64,000 bases of DNA. Origin: Armatimonadota bacterium (GTDB lineage: Bacteria > Armatimonadota > HRBIN16). The stretch is taken from assembly GCA_963677485.1 (NCBI GenBank), contig OY781964.1:1696001-1760000 (forward strand), read 5' to 3'. The stretch's first letter is position 1. The number at the start of each line of letters is the position of its first letter. The notes beneath the pieces were generated by a model. It worked only from the letters and a program-made list of their open reading frames with translations, did no database searches and had not been told where the DNA came from. Of this stretch, positions 8,333 through 18,443 are shown one piece after another. The position numbers and the translations under genes were made by a program.

Positions 8333-11083
8333 ATGGAACGAACACCTGCCGTTGGACTAGAGAACGCCAAGTCGACCAAGCACTGGACCGACCCCTTGAA
8401 TGTGGTATGGAGTACCCCAAGCAAGGATGCCGCCGGATCGATGCCGCTGGGTAACGGGCAGGTAGGTATCAACTTGTGGGTAGAGCAGAATGGCGATCTA
8501 CGATTCTATATCAGCCGCACCGACTCCTACAGCGAGATCAGCCGGTTGCTCAAGGTGGGCGAGGTGCGGGTTGCGATCTCCCCCAATCCGTTCAAGGCTG
8601 GTGCACCGTTCAAACAGGAGCTGGTTCTACGAGACGGCGCATGTGTGATCAACGCCGGTAGAGGCGCAAACCAGGTGACGCTGCGGGTGTTTGTCGATTG
8701 CGACAATGCGGTGGTCTACTGCACCGGAAAGTCAGCCAAACCGCTCAGCATCAAGGCCACTGTGGAAAGCTGGCGAACCGAACGGCATGTGATCCCGTCT
8801 GGCACCGAGCAGAACTCCGCGTGGTCACTCCATGATGCGCCTTTTGAGCTTAGCGAAGCCGCCGATCTGTTCCCCAAAGGCCTCGGTAACGCCGTGGCCT
8901 GGTACCACCGCAATGAGGATACGCTCGCGTTCAAGTCGACGATGCAGTTACAGTCGCTGGATTCCGTTGCCGATAAAGCGACGGACCCAATCATCCACCG
9001 CACGTTTGGAGGCTGGATGTCCGGCACAGGCCTCAAGCCCGTGGATCACCGCACACTGTCCAGCAGCGCGCCATTAAAGCAGTTTGCGTTGTCAGTCGCG
9101 GCCCCTTGCCTGCAGACCGCCACACCGCAAGGTTGGCTGGACGAAGCGCGCCGGCTGTCTGAAGATGCGGATGCCGATCAAGCGGCACGACGCACGACGA
9201 ACTGGTGGCGGGCGTTCTGGGACAGATCATGGGTAGTGGTCGATGGCGACAAGAGCGGCATCACCATCCCCCATGGCACGAATCCGCTGCGTGTGGGTTT
9301 TGATTCGAATGGTGAGAACAGGTTTCCTGGCGAGATCGGCCGGGCCAGCATCTATTACAAGCCGCTGTCTGCAACTGAGATATCAAGGCTGGGATCAACC
9401 CAGACCAGCTCCATACCATCGAAAGATGGTGCTGTGCTCACAGTGGGTGCGAAGGGGCCAGAGGCCATCGACTTCAAATCCGTCGATCTCAAACGCGGCC
9501 TGACGCTTGAAGCGCTGATCAAGCCAGCCTCCTCTGCACCTGGACGGATTATCGACAGCCTGACCGCAGGCGGATCAGACGGGTTTCTGTTTGACACGCA
9601 CCCAGGAAACACACTCCGGCTGATTGTTGGGAACACGATCATGAGTGCCCCCGCCGGTATTCTGAAAACAGGCCAGTGGCAGCATGTCGCCGCCAGCGTG
9701 GACACCGCGACGGGTGCGATGACGATCTACCTTGATGGCAAGGTCGTGGCGAAGCTGGCTGGCGTTGATGAGACGAAATCACCCATCACGCGTGCTTACG
9801 CTCTGCAGAGATACGTTCAAGCCTGCGGTGGTAAAGGCCCGTTCCCGATCAAGTTCAATGGGAGCATCTTCACCGTGGAACCGGCCGTGATGGGGATGCC
9901 ATTCAACGCCGACTGGCGGAACTGGGGTGACTGCCATTGGTGGCAGAATGTGCGGTTTGCATATCACACGATGCTCGCGACCGGTGATACCGAGATGATG
10001 GAGCCGCTGTTTGATCTGTATGAGCAGGTGCGGCCCCTGTGTGAAGCTCGGGCAAAGCTCTATCACAATGCCAAAGGCTGCTACTTCCCAGAGACGATGA
10101 CGATGTGGGGCACATACTCGAATGGCGACTACGGCTGGAACCGAGCAGGTCTGAGGCCCGATGAAGTGCAGTCTCCCTGGTGGCAGTATGCCTGGAACCA
10201 AGGGCTGGAACTTGTGGCCCTCATGCTCGACCGATGGGATTACACTCCGGAGGACTCTTTCGTTCTGAAGCAACTGCTTCCGATGGCGGAATCGGTGTTG
10301 AGTTACTTCGACACGCGGTTTAAGAAGGACGCCAATGGCAAGGTAGTGCTCGACCCGTCTCAGGCAGTCGAGACGGTGTGGCACGATGTGGTCAACGATA
10401 TGCCCTCCACAGCGGGGCTGCGTGACGTGACTCAGCGGCTGTGCGCCTTACCGCAACGACTCGCCACACCTGTCCAGCGCAGGTTCTTCAAGATGATGAA
10501 ATCCGCCTGCCCCGATGTTCCTGTGGAGGATGTCACGATTGATGGCAAGCAGCTGCGCCGTCTGGCTGGTGCGCAGAAATACAGCCCTGTCCGTTCGAAC
10601 TGCGAGAACCCGGAGCTGTATGCCATCTGGCCGTTCAGGTTATACGGCGTGGGTAAACCGGGGCTGGATTTGGCGAAAGCGGCGTATGCCACCCGCGTGA
10701 ACCATCTGGACGTGGGCTGGGGCTACGATGGCAACTGCGCAGCTCTGCTTGGGATGGCGGATGAGGCGGCCCGCATCATGCAGGTAAAGGCCGCGAACTC
10801 CAACCAAGCCTACCGATGGCCGGCAAGCTGGGGGCCGAACTTCGACTGGGTGCCGGACCAGGATCACGGCGGCAACTTGCTGCTGACCACGCAGTTGATG
10901 CTGCTTCAGTCCGATGGCGAGAAATTGCTACTGTTGCCAGCCTGGCCCAAAGCGTGGGATGTCAGCTTCAAACTTCATGCCCCGCAGAACACCACCGTGG
11001 AGTGTGTGTATAAGAGGGGCAAGATAGAGACGCTGAAAGTCACACCTGAAGCCAGACGCAAGGACGTGGTGCTGCCGAAGTAG
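8333..11083 (+). CDS. DUF5703/GH95-like glycoside hydrolase with inserted LamG domain
   Basis: SMPLGNGQVGINLW, IKFNGSIFT, PDQDHGG and LLPAWPKAWDVSFKLHAP motifs; LamG-like GQWQHVAAS...IYLDG insert. Start moved from 8258 to the ATG after a GAGGAG RBS. Confidence 0.75.
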   Translation: MERTPAVGLENAKSTKHWTDPLNVVWSTPSKDAAGSMPLGNGQVGINLWVEQNGDLRFYISRTDSYSEISRLLKVGEVRVAISPNPFKAGAPFKQELVLRDGACVINAGRGANQVTLRVFVDCDNAVVYCTGKSAKPLSIKATVESWRTERHVIPSGTEQNSAWSLHDAPFELSEAADLFPKGLGNAVAWYHRNEDTLAFKSTMQLQSLDSVADKATDPIIHRTFGGWMSGTGLKPVDHRTLSSSAPLKQFALSVAAPCLQTATPQGWLDEARRLSEDADADQAARRTTNWWRAFWDRSWVVVDGDKSGITIPHGTNPLRVGFDSNGENRFPGEIGRASIYYKPLSATEISRLGSTQTSSIPSKDGAVLTVGAKGPEAIDFKSVDLKRGLTLEALIKPASSAPGRIIDSLTAGGSDGFLFDTHPGNTLRLIVGNTIMSAPAGILKTGQWQHVAASVDTATGAMTIYLDGKVVAKLAGVDETKSPITRAYALQRYVQACGGKGPFPIKFNGSIFTVEPAVMGMPFNADWRNWGDCHWWQNVRFAYHTMLATGDTEMMEPLFDLYEQVRPLCEARAKLYHNAKGCYFPETMTMWGTYSNGDYGWNRAGLRPDEVQSPWWQYAWNQGLELVALMLDRWDYTPEDSFVLKQLLPMAESVLSYFDTRFKKDANGKVVLDPSQAVETVWHDVVNDMPSTAGLRDVTQRLCALPQRLATPVQRRFFKMMKSACPDVPVEDVTIDGKQLRRLAGAQKYSPVRSNCENPELYAIWPFRLYGVGKPGLDLAKAAYATRVNHLDVGWGYDGNCAALLGMADEAARIMQVKAANSNQAYRWPASWGPNFDWVPDQDHGGNLLLTTQLMLLQSDGEKLLLLPAWPKAWDVSFKLHAPQNTTVECVYKRGKIETLKVTPEARRKDVVLPK

Positions 11084-11091
11084 CGCAGGAC

Positions 11092-12264
11092 CTACTCGCT
11101 CTCCACCCAAACGGGGCTGCACCAGGCCTGCCGACCGTTCACCTGCGTCACACGCACGTAGTAGTAGTCGGTGGGCCGCTCAGCCACAAGGTCTTCCACC
11201 TGAAGCAGCACGGAGTTGCCTTCGCCCTCAGAGTTGATGTGGAAGATATCACGCCCGTTCTTCACCACATCCACGCGTTTCAGGATGGCGGGGGCCTGCA
11301 CCTTCAAAGCCAGCCGACGGGGCTGACCAGCGGGATGCTTCAGCTCAGAACCCGCCACCTGATCGCATACCCGGAAGTCGATCATGATGCGCGCACCACT
11401 TGCGGCGATGGTGTGCTTCTGCTTGATGCCTTGCCAGATCGCCTCGCGGGTGAGCTCAGGTGCCCATACCCCAAGAATCCCAGGTTCGTCATACCGAACC
11501 TTCGCCCCCATATGGCTGTCGGCACCAGGGCTGGGCAGATGGACGTCGGAGCCCGCCACGCAGCCCATACGTGCGCCCATCTCCAGCGCGTCTTGCCAGT
11601 GACCACCCCGCGCCTCAACCACTGCTGGGCGAGGGTTGCCGAAATACTCGTTGGTGCCCCACTTGCTGTATAACTCAGTCATAGGCGGCATCATATCCAG
11701 AGGAATGGCCGTAAAGTTCACACCCTGACTCACATCGGCTGTGTGGTGCGGAATCGCAATGATGTCCTCACGGGCTAACAGCGCACGCCACTCCGCCTCC
11801 GTAATCTGACCATCCTCCACGCCGCGCACCAGTTCGCCTCTGCCGGTGCGGTAATACAGACAGAGGTTGCAGAACCATGGGTAGCTGTCACGTTCATAGG
11901 CAAGGATCGTCACGAAGCGGCCATCAAGATGGTACTCCGCCACCTTGCGCTGCGTGAGCTCCCATTTGTTGCCCTCCCACAGGCAAGGACGCCCCACACC
12001 GCCGTGGTCATGGTCGGTGACGGCGCAGAAATCCATCATCGCCTCGTCACGGGCGAAGCTGAAGTAATCATCCAGCGACCCGCGGCCGTCTGATATCTCG
12101 GTGTGACCGTGGATCTCACCCCAGTACAGCTTCAAGCCTGTGTTGGGGTGCCAGTTCGGTGTGGTCAGCTTGGCAAGTTCTGCATAATCGGTCTGCCTGC
12201 CTGTGTATACCAATCTGGTCACCTGCAAGTCGCGGCTGGGGTGCGTGAATATGCGTCCGTCCAT
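11092..12264 (-). CDS. PHP-fold metallohydrolase (CehA/McbA / DUF3604-like)
   Basis: WGEIHGHTEISDG, VTDHDH, IPHH, AGSDVH and YYYVRVTQ...AWCSPVW motifs. Start at the ATG with GGGAG RBS. Confidence 0.8.
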   Translation of the reverse strand: MDGRIFTHPSRDLQVTRLVYTGRQTDYAELAKLTTPNWHPNTGLKLYWGEIHGHTEISDGRGSLDDYFSFARDEAMMDFCAVTDHDHGGVGRPCLWEGNKWELTQRKVAEYHLDGRFVTILAYERDSYPWFCNLCLYYRTGRGELVRGVEDGQITEAEWRALLAREDIIAIPHHTADVSQGVNFTAIPLDMMPPMTELYSKWGTNEYFGNPRPAVVEARGGHWQDALEMGARMGCVAGSDVHLPSPGADSHMGAKVRYDEPGILGVWAPELTREAIWQGIKQKHTIAASGARIMIDFRVCDQVAGSELKHPAGQPRRLALKVQAPAILKRVDVVKNGRDIFHINSEGEGNSVLLQVEDLVAERPTDYYYVRVTQVNGRQAWCSPVWVESE

Positions 12265-12284
12265 TGTGATCTCCCTTCGTGATG

Positions 12285-14870
12285 CTAATCGTCCCAAGTC
12301 AACAGTGCGATAGTGTTGTCGTCACTGACTGGTGGAGCTGTGGGCACAACGGTGTCATCCGGCACGGTGCCGCGTAGAATGCGCACATCGTCCATCGCAC
12401 CCACGATGCCCAGCGAGCCGTCCTGTATACCGCCCAGTGTGACCGGGTGCTTGCTGACGGCGATCTGCCTGCCTGGATACTGTTTGTCGATCGCGACTTT
12501 ACCGTCTACCAGCAGTTTGGCTGCACCCGGGCTCAGCACTAGCCGGTAGAAGTGCCAGTTGTTATCAGCAACCTTGATGTCAGACAACACCGAGGCCCCC
12601 TCGTAATCCGGGATGTAGATGGCGGCCTGGTGATCTGGTGTCAGCCATATCTCCCAGTGCCCGGTGCCTTTCGGAGCACGGGATATCAACACACGGGTAG
12701 AACGGACCTCAACACGCGCCCAGAAATCCACCGTGATGGCGTCTTGCTTCAGCCCCTGAGTGCCCGACATGGTGTAAACACCGGCCACATCCGGCAATAC
12801 CAGCCCCTTACCTGTATGGCCATCGCCGATCTGACCGCGTTCGGCAGGAGGCGGCGCGATGGCGGCACGTTGAGATGCTGGTAACCGCTTATCTGGAACG
12901 GTCACGCTGTACTGGCCAAGATCGGATGGCTTACCTAACGAGTATACCCAGTATGCAAACTCATTCCATGTCTTTGTGCCGTCTACGGCCACCGGTTTTA
13001 TTTTGATATTCAGTGTCGTCTTGCCCTTGGTATAGCTGGCGGGAACTTGGAACTCGTCATCTACCCATCGATGGAACATATTCAGATCGGCATAATACCA
13101 GTCACGCTCCTTCACCAGCTCACCATCTATATATACCTGAGCCCGCTGACGGCCCTGTTCCTGGTCAGACCGGCGGCGCAAAAGCACACCCTCATTTAAG
13201 GGGCTGATGCTCACGGTGAAGCTGCTCTGATCCGTGAAGCCCACACCCTGGTCTTTGACAATCACCTGGTCTTGTTCACCCTCGTAACTCTCCGAAAGGT
13301 GGCCGATGAAGGTAAATCCGCTCATCTTGTAGGAATGTGCCTTGTTGGACTTGTCGTCACCCACATCCACATAGTCGGTCAGCAGCATACCCGCCTCGGG
13401 CTCACCGTAGTAAAGCAGCACACCGGAACGCACATCCTCGCCTGAGTGGATGCCGCTCCCGCCCTCTACGCCAAACCGCAAAGAGCTGTTGAAGGGGTAG
13501 CTATCACCCAATAGCACACGGCTCATTGACCACATCTCATTACCTGTGCCGTCATATCCCGATAACGGGTTGTAGCTGGGCGGTGTAGTGAAGCCCCATC
13601 CGTAGCACACCCAGGATTCGGAGCCGTCGCTCTCCACGCTGGGGGTACCGCTGCCGTCAATGTAGACGCGCACATCGCCTTCGCAGGAGGTCTGCTTGCC
13701 TGAGATGCACCCTGCCACCACATGCCCGCGACCCACGATGGTGCCGATATGCGAATCTTCTTCTGGCATCTTGGTCATCGGCGGCTGGTAGACCGAACTG
13801 CGGAAGTGGGCGGCTGTAAGTCGATCATACGCCAGGGTAGGTGAAGGCTTAAAGACCACACGGTAAGTGATGTCCACCCGCTCCTTTCCACGGTTGAGCA
13901 GTTCAACATGGGCCGACTTCCAATATGGCATTGGGAAGTTGCTATAAAACCAGCCGTCAGCAGACATCCCGTGCGTAACATAAAACAACGAGTGGGCACC
14001 ATATTCGTTACCGAAGAAGGCTCCAACGGGACAGTCGACCGCGGGTCGATTCTCGTCTTCCCATGTGATTCGCAGCCACATGTTCTGCAGCATCTGCGGC
14101 GCAAACTTATTGAAGGCAAGCCTGATAGAAGATATTGAACCTTCCCCCTGAGCGTCGAATAGCGCACCGGATTCTCCTGCTTTGATGCTGAGCGTGTCGG
14201 AGACCATTGTATTACCGGTGGATGGCTTAGGATCTAAGCTATGATTCATATAGCGGATGATATGGGAGTAGTCCTCTTTGCCGGTAAATGTGGAAACACC
14301 ATCGGCGGTGGGGTAGGTGTGGTACATGATATGCCCCCAGCCGCCCTGTTTCTTGGCCTTATCTGGCCCTTCCAGCATCACAGAGGAGGTGACTTTACAG
14401 CCATTTCGGAAGGCCATGGGAACAAAGCTTCGGACCACCCAGATTGGCCCTCGTCCGTTGTCGTCAATGCCCTGATAAACAGCCGATAGCGGCTCCACAA
14501 ACGGGGGCTTTTGGCCGAACTCCGACTGCTTGATCTCATACCGCGGGGTTTTCTCACCGTCAAAATAGAAGCGGAAAGTGGGCTCTGGGCTTGTGGGGTA
14601 TCTGTGCTGCACGAAGTTGTACAGGCATCCCGGACCCGTGACATCCAGCAGCACCCATTCGTTGTTTGAATCCTGGTATAACCACCAGTCCCAGTCGGCG
14701 TTGCCACCCTGCTTGTCGATGCTGCCCTCATAATGCACGCGCGTGTCTGCCTGTATATAAGGCAACAGCTCCAGTTTGCGCAACTTATCGAGGCCATACG
14801 GCCTGGTATATGATGCGGATGCGATGCTCATGAACGTGACAGCCATCAGCGCGATTCTCCAGTATTGCAT
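12285..14870 (-). CDS. Secreted DUF2961 (GH172-like) glycoside hydrolase with C-terminal LamG domain
   Basis: Signal peptide; GPG, PMAFRNG, FPMPYWKS and CEGDVRVYIDG...GSESW..YGWG motifs; C-terminal WHFYRL...MDDVRI. Confidence 0.75.
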   Translation of the reverse strand: MQYWRIALMAVTFMSIASASYTRPYGLDKLRKLELLPYIQADTRVHYEGSIDKQGGNADWDWWLYQDSNNEWVLLDVTGPGCLYNFVQHRYPTSPEPTFRFYFDGEKTPRYEIKQSEFGQKPPFVEPLSAVYQGIDDNGRGPIWVVRSFVPMAFRNGCKVTSSVMLEGPDKAKKQGGWGHIMYHTYPTADGVSTFTGKEDYSHIIRYMNHSLDPKPSTGNTMVSDTLSIKAGESGALFDAQGEGSISSIRLAFNKFAPQMLQNMWLRITWEDENRPAVDCPVGAFFGNEYGAHSLFYVTHGMSADGWFYSNFPMPYWKSAHVELLNRGKERVDITYRVVFKPSPTLAYDRLTAAHFRSSVYQPPMTKMPEEDSHIGTIVGRGHVVAGCISGKQTSCEGDVRVYIDGSGTPSVESDGSESWVCYGWGFTTPPSYNPLSGYDGTGNEMWSMSRVLLGDSYPFNSSLRFGVEGGSGIHSGEDVRSGVLLYYGEPEAGMLLTDYVDVGDDKSNKAHSYKMSGFTFIGHLSESYEGEQDQVIVKDQGVGFTDQSSFTVSISPLNEGVLLRRRSDQEQGRQRAQVYIDGELVKERDWYYADLNMFHRWVDDEFQVPASYTKGKTTLNIKIKPVAVDGTKTWNEFAYWVYSLGKPSDLGQYSVTVPDKRLPASQRAAIAPPPAERGQIGDGHTGKGLVLPDVAGVYTMSGTQGLKQDAITVDFWARVEVRSTRVLISRAPKGTGHWEIWLTPDHQAAIYIPDYEGASVLSDIKVADNNWHFYRLVLSPGAAKLLVDGKVAIDKQYPGRQIAVSKHPVTLGGIQDGSLGIVGAMDDVRILRGTVPDDTVVPTAPPVSDDNTIALLTWDD

Positions 14871-14954
14871 TAAGTCTACCCTTACCACACCATTGAGGTG
14901 TTTATTTCCTAGTTATTCGTTCGATTCTGCTATTATTACCGCATATATAACGGC

Positions 14955-15120
14955 TGCCTATGTCCGGGACGGTCTGTCAGGTGGCTCGCTATCACCACGA
15001 GATATTGACCGCACCGGTCTTGTTCGAGACACATATCTTACATGGCTATCCGCCAGACCGGCGCGGTCTAGAGCCATCTTCAATCGTTAGCCTGCGCACA
15101 GACCGCCCCGGACATAGGCA
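14955..15120. mobile_element. 166-bp MITE/REPIN-like element, family A
   Basis: Terminal inverted repeats TGCCTATGTCCGGG.CGGTCTG / CAGACCGCCCCGGACATAGGCA. A second copy of the same length is at 35440-35605. Confidence 0.7.
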
Positions 15121-17889
15121 ATAGAGTCTGTTGATTCTATCCCAGCTTGATCCTCCGGTTTTAAACCTCAGCCACATGGAGCCTTCGGTCTTGGGCAGCA
15201 ACTGCTTGTATGGTGCCATGACATCATGCGTAAACTCGCTCATCACCACCCAACTGCCCTTGCCTTCAGGTATCCGCGCGGAGGGGCCGCTGACCAATGC
15301 CTGCAGCCGTTGAGGAGCCAGATGGGTGCTGATGAAGCAGACCGCCCCCGCACTTACGCAGCTCTGGAGTACCTGCATGGTCGGCGCAGATATCTCCACA
15401 CCGCAGGCAAAGATTACGCCCACATCTTTCAGGAGCTTCACACCTACATTGTGGTCATACACCGCCACGGCGGGGCTGGGTATGCTGAAACGCCAGGGCT
15501 GAGGCGCACGGAGCGGGGCCACCGGCTCACCGTTGAAGTTGACGGCCCTGCCGTTGAGGACGCCGTCAGTGAGCAGCGACCACACCTGCATATGCTCGCG
15601 GGTTTGCGGGCTGGAGTGCAGGTTCATCGCCCCGTACAGATAGTCCCAGTAATAGCAGCTAGTCTGCCCCCAGTCACTGTCAGGGAAGCGCACGATGGCC
15701 ACCTCGGGCTGATAGTCGCGGTAGCTGTAGTTGCGCTTGTGGGCCGGTATCCATTTGGTGATGTGCTCTTTCATCGCCTGCCCATGATGGGTCAACTGGT
15801 ATCTGTTGCCGTTCAGCGAATACATCTTGGTGGCGAACTCCACATAACACGAATCCACACCCGCCAGATGGCAGGTTTGCATTGCCATGCGCATCTCACG
15901 CGCGCTGTGCCCGGGCATCTCAGCGTAATACCACAGATCGGGACTGAACCAGAGGGCCGCGTTGTGCTGAAGGGCGGCCCCAATCGCCTCAGCGAGCACC
16001 ACTGGATGCACGTCCTCTTTGAGCAGCTTCGGCGAGAGCACCATTCCGCTCTCCGCCATGGGCGACAACAACGCAGGAAACACACTCTCCACCAGCATTT
16101 TGGCGCCGCATTGGCCGTTGCGGTTCACCAACTGACGCACGGCCTGCTTGAATTTCGCGTAAGCCTCGGAAAGGCTCAAGCCGGTGGTCTCCACGAAGAA
16201 GGGCTTGCGGTTGGGCTCAGGCAGTTGGCTGTAGGCGTTGCGACTAAGCTGCATGTGCTCCGATTCGTCGTAGGTGACGCCCTCAAACAGCCCCATGGCC
16301 GCCGCTTTACGCAGTGTCTCGGCGTCGACATCCCAGCGGTGGCAGCCATCGGCTGCGTCAAAGCCGTTTTTACCGTTCGTGCTGTATGACACCGGCGCGA
16401 AGTTGGGCGACTCCACATTGAAGGTGAAGTGGGTGCCGGTGGCTTTGCAGTACGCACACAGGTCGTCGATGATGTTGTTCTCGGTCTCCTGAGGACCGAT
16501 GTGGGCGACCAGCAGATTGATGTCCATCTCGCGTAGGCTCCAGAGTGAACCGGGATGCTGCACCGTCCATGAGGAGTCGTTCACGCCCAGCATCTGCTTC
16601 CGACGTGTGTAGGGCTTCAGCTTTGGCAACAGTGGGGAGATGGTGGTCTGGCCCTTGGGCAGCACGGCGAACGCCGCCGTAGCCGTCACGCCCCCCTCTG
16701 TACGGGCAGTGATCCGGTAAAGACCTGGGGACAACTTTGGCGGCGTGACCTTCGCGTCATACTGGTTCGGCCCATCGGGCTTCAACTCAGCGGAGGCACT
16801 CCAGACCTTGGCCCGGTTCCATTCGTCTAGCTGGAGCCTCAGTTTCCCGACTGGGGGTTTACCAAAACCGGACAGCACAGCACGGACCTCGACCGAATCA
16901 TCTAGAGCGTATAACTCTTTATCACCAGAAATGGTCACTGTCAGCAGTTCGCGGCGCATCGGAACACCTTCGTCAAGCATGTCCCTCACAAGAGCTGGCA
17001 GGTAGGCGGCCCACTCGACGGCATAGGTTGATTTCGCCACTCGGATGGTGCCGGGGGCGGCACTGGTCTGATCATCGCTAAGGATCTGCGCCAGTTTGAC
17101 GCCTTGTTTGTCAGCGACCGCCAGCTCGCATAGCAGGCTGGCTTCCGGGTAGGCGCTGAAGTCGTAGGAAAGCACCAATTCATTCTGGGTATCAGTGCTC
17201 AGCTTGGAGATGAGTGCCCCCTGTCCTTGCGTGACCGCCCAGCCTTCAAGCGATACTGGAGCGCTATTCACCCGCACATCGGAGAGGGTCAGGTTGCCGA
17301 TGGGGTGGGTGATCGCTTCTTTTTGGTCAACCCGCAACCGGATTTTGCTCACCTTCTGCCAGTCAAACGCCGGATTAGGATTGAGCTGCTTTTCGGATTG
17401 GGGTTTGATGCTCAGCGTTCTTGCAGCACCCGAGGTGTCGAACAACAAGTCGCTGCGACCTGTCTCCAGGCAGGTGTAGCCGCTGAGCTGCCCCGACGCG
17501 TCCGCAAACTGCACATATATCCATTCATTCAACTTCGCTTGACTGACGGTGAATTGCAGCTCGGTCAACGGCCCGATGGCAGGCAGTGGCTTCTCAAGAT
17601 TGAGCCAGCAGTTGGCCGTTTCGGTGCTGTGGGTGCGCACCTCAACCTCCACGCGGTTGGTGCCCACCTTCGCCAGGTTGTTCACCCGCCAGTTATCGCC
17701 CTGATTGTCATCGCTGATGCCTACCGGGTTCCCATTCAGCCAGACGCGGTTAAGATCACTGGCGATCACGCGAAGGGTGGCGTAGTCGAACCCTGCAGGC
17801 AGTTGCCCGCTCAGGCTAAACCGGATAGCGGGAGTGTTAGGCTGCTGTGCTGTTGCGGTGACCCACTGTGCTTGCTTTTCGTTCTGCAT
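15046..17889 (-). CDS. Uncharacterised putative glycoside hydrolase, paralog of 39432..41723; C-terminus altered by a probable 1-bp deletion
   Basis: Shares long blocks with the paralog (GLFEGVTYDESEHMQLSRNAYS, VRFPDSDWGQ). Start MQNEKQAQW at 17889 with GGAGGAG RBS. Confidence 0.75.
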   Translation of the reverse strand: MQNEKQAQWVTATAQQPNTPAIRFSLSGQLPAGFDYATLRVIASDLNRVWLNGNPVGISDDNQGDNWRVNNLAKVGTNRVEVEVRTHSTETANCWLNLEKPLPAIGPLTELQFTVSQAKLNEWIYVQFADASGQLSGYTCLETGRSDLLFDTSGAARTLSIKPQSEKQLNPNPAFDWQKVSKIRLRVDQKEAITHPIGNLTLSDVRVNSAPVSLEGWAVTQGQGALISKLSTDTQNELVLSYDFSAYPEASLLCELAVADKQGVKLAQILSDDQTSAAPGTIRVAKSTYAVEWAAYLPALVRDMLDEGVPMRRELLTVTISGDKELYALDDSVEVRAVLSGFGKPPVGKLRLQLDEWNRAKVWSASAELKPDGPNQYDAKVTPPKLSPGLYRITARTEGGVTATAAFAVLPKGQTTISPLLPKLKPYTRRKQMLGVNDSSWTVQHPGSLWSLREMDINLLVAHIGPQETENNIIDDLCAYCKATGTHFTFNVESPNFAPVSYSTNGKNGFDAADGCHRWDVDAETLRKAAAMGLFEGVTYDESEHMQLSRNAYSQLPEPNRKPFFVETTGLSLSEAYAKFKQAVRQLVNRNGQCGAKMLVESVFPALLSPMAESGMVLSPKLLKEDVHPVVLAEAIGAALQHNAALWFSPDLWYYAEMPGHSAREMRMAMQTCHLAGVDSCYVEFATKMYSLNGNRYQLTHHGQAMKEHITKWIPAHKRNYSYRDYQPEVAIVRFPDSDWGQTSCYYWDYLYGAMNLHSSPQTREHMQVWSLLTDGVLNGRAVNFNGEPVAPLRAPQPWRFSIPSPAVAVYDHNVGVKLLKDVGVIFACGVEISAPTMQVLQSCVSAGAVCFISTHLAPQRLQALVSGPSARIPEGKGSWVVMSEFTHDVMAPYKQLLPKTEGSMWLRFKTGGSSWDRINRLYCLCPGRSVRRLTIEDGSRPRRSGG

Positions 17890-18093
17890 CGTCTGCTCCT
17901 CCGTGATTCGCGCTGTGATATGGCTAGATACGACGCAAAGTGGTGGAAATCCTGTATAAGTGAAGAACCACATGAGGCACAGGGTTGATGGCGATCGGTC
18001 GGATCCGACCGATCGTGCAAATACCCACGTATGAGCCTACAGCTTCTTGCTGGAATGCAAAACGTGGACATCCCATACCATGTTTTTTCCGGA

Positions 18094-18439
18094 CGTAGGG
18101 ATGATCCTTGTGGTCATCCGTAAACCGGGGGTGGTCACCGACCTGTTACCCCGTCCTGCGGCCATATTCTATTGGCAATTGGTCTTGGCGGATGGGCACA
18201 AGACCCATCCCTACGGATTCACTGTATGCCATCGTCCTACCAGCAGACGTATCCATGCCGATAATTCGTAGGGATGATCTTTGTGGTCATCCGCACACCT
18301 GGGTAGATACCGACCTGTTACCCCGTCCTGCGGCCATGTTCTATCGGCAGTTGTTCATGGTGGATGGGCACAAGACCCATCCCTACGGATTCACTGTGTG
18401 GCATCGTCCTACCGGCGGACGTATGCAAGCCAGTTATTC
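18094..18439. repeat. Tandem 173-bp units of inverted GTAG-type REP pairs (BIME-like)
   Basis: Units start at 18094 and 18267: CGTAGGGATGATC.TTGTGGTCATCCG ... GGATGGGCACAAGACCCATCCCTACG. Confidence 0.85.
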
Positions 18440-18443
18440 GAGA

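Noticed and set aside
15155-15170. Programmed -1 frameshift
   Set aside because: TTTAAAA is not phased as X XXY YYZ in the coding frame; a simple indel explains it better.
18094-18439. Tandem repeat as CRISPR, or its ORFs (18047, 18108, 18281, 18364) as genes
   Set aside because: The spacers are themselves duplicated and the arms are inverted REPs; the ORFs simply translate the repeat.
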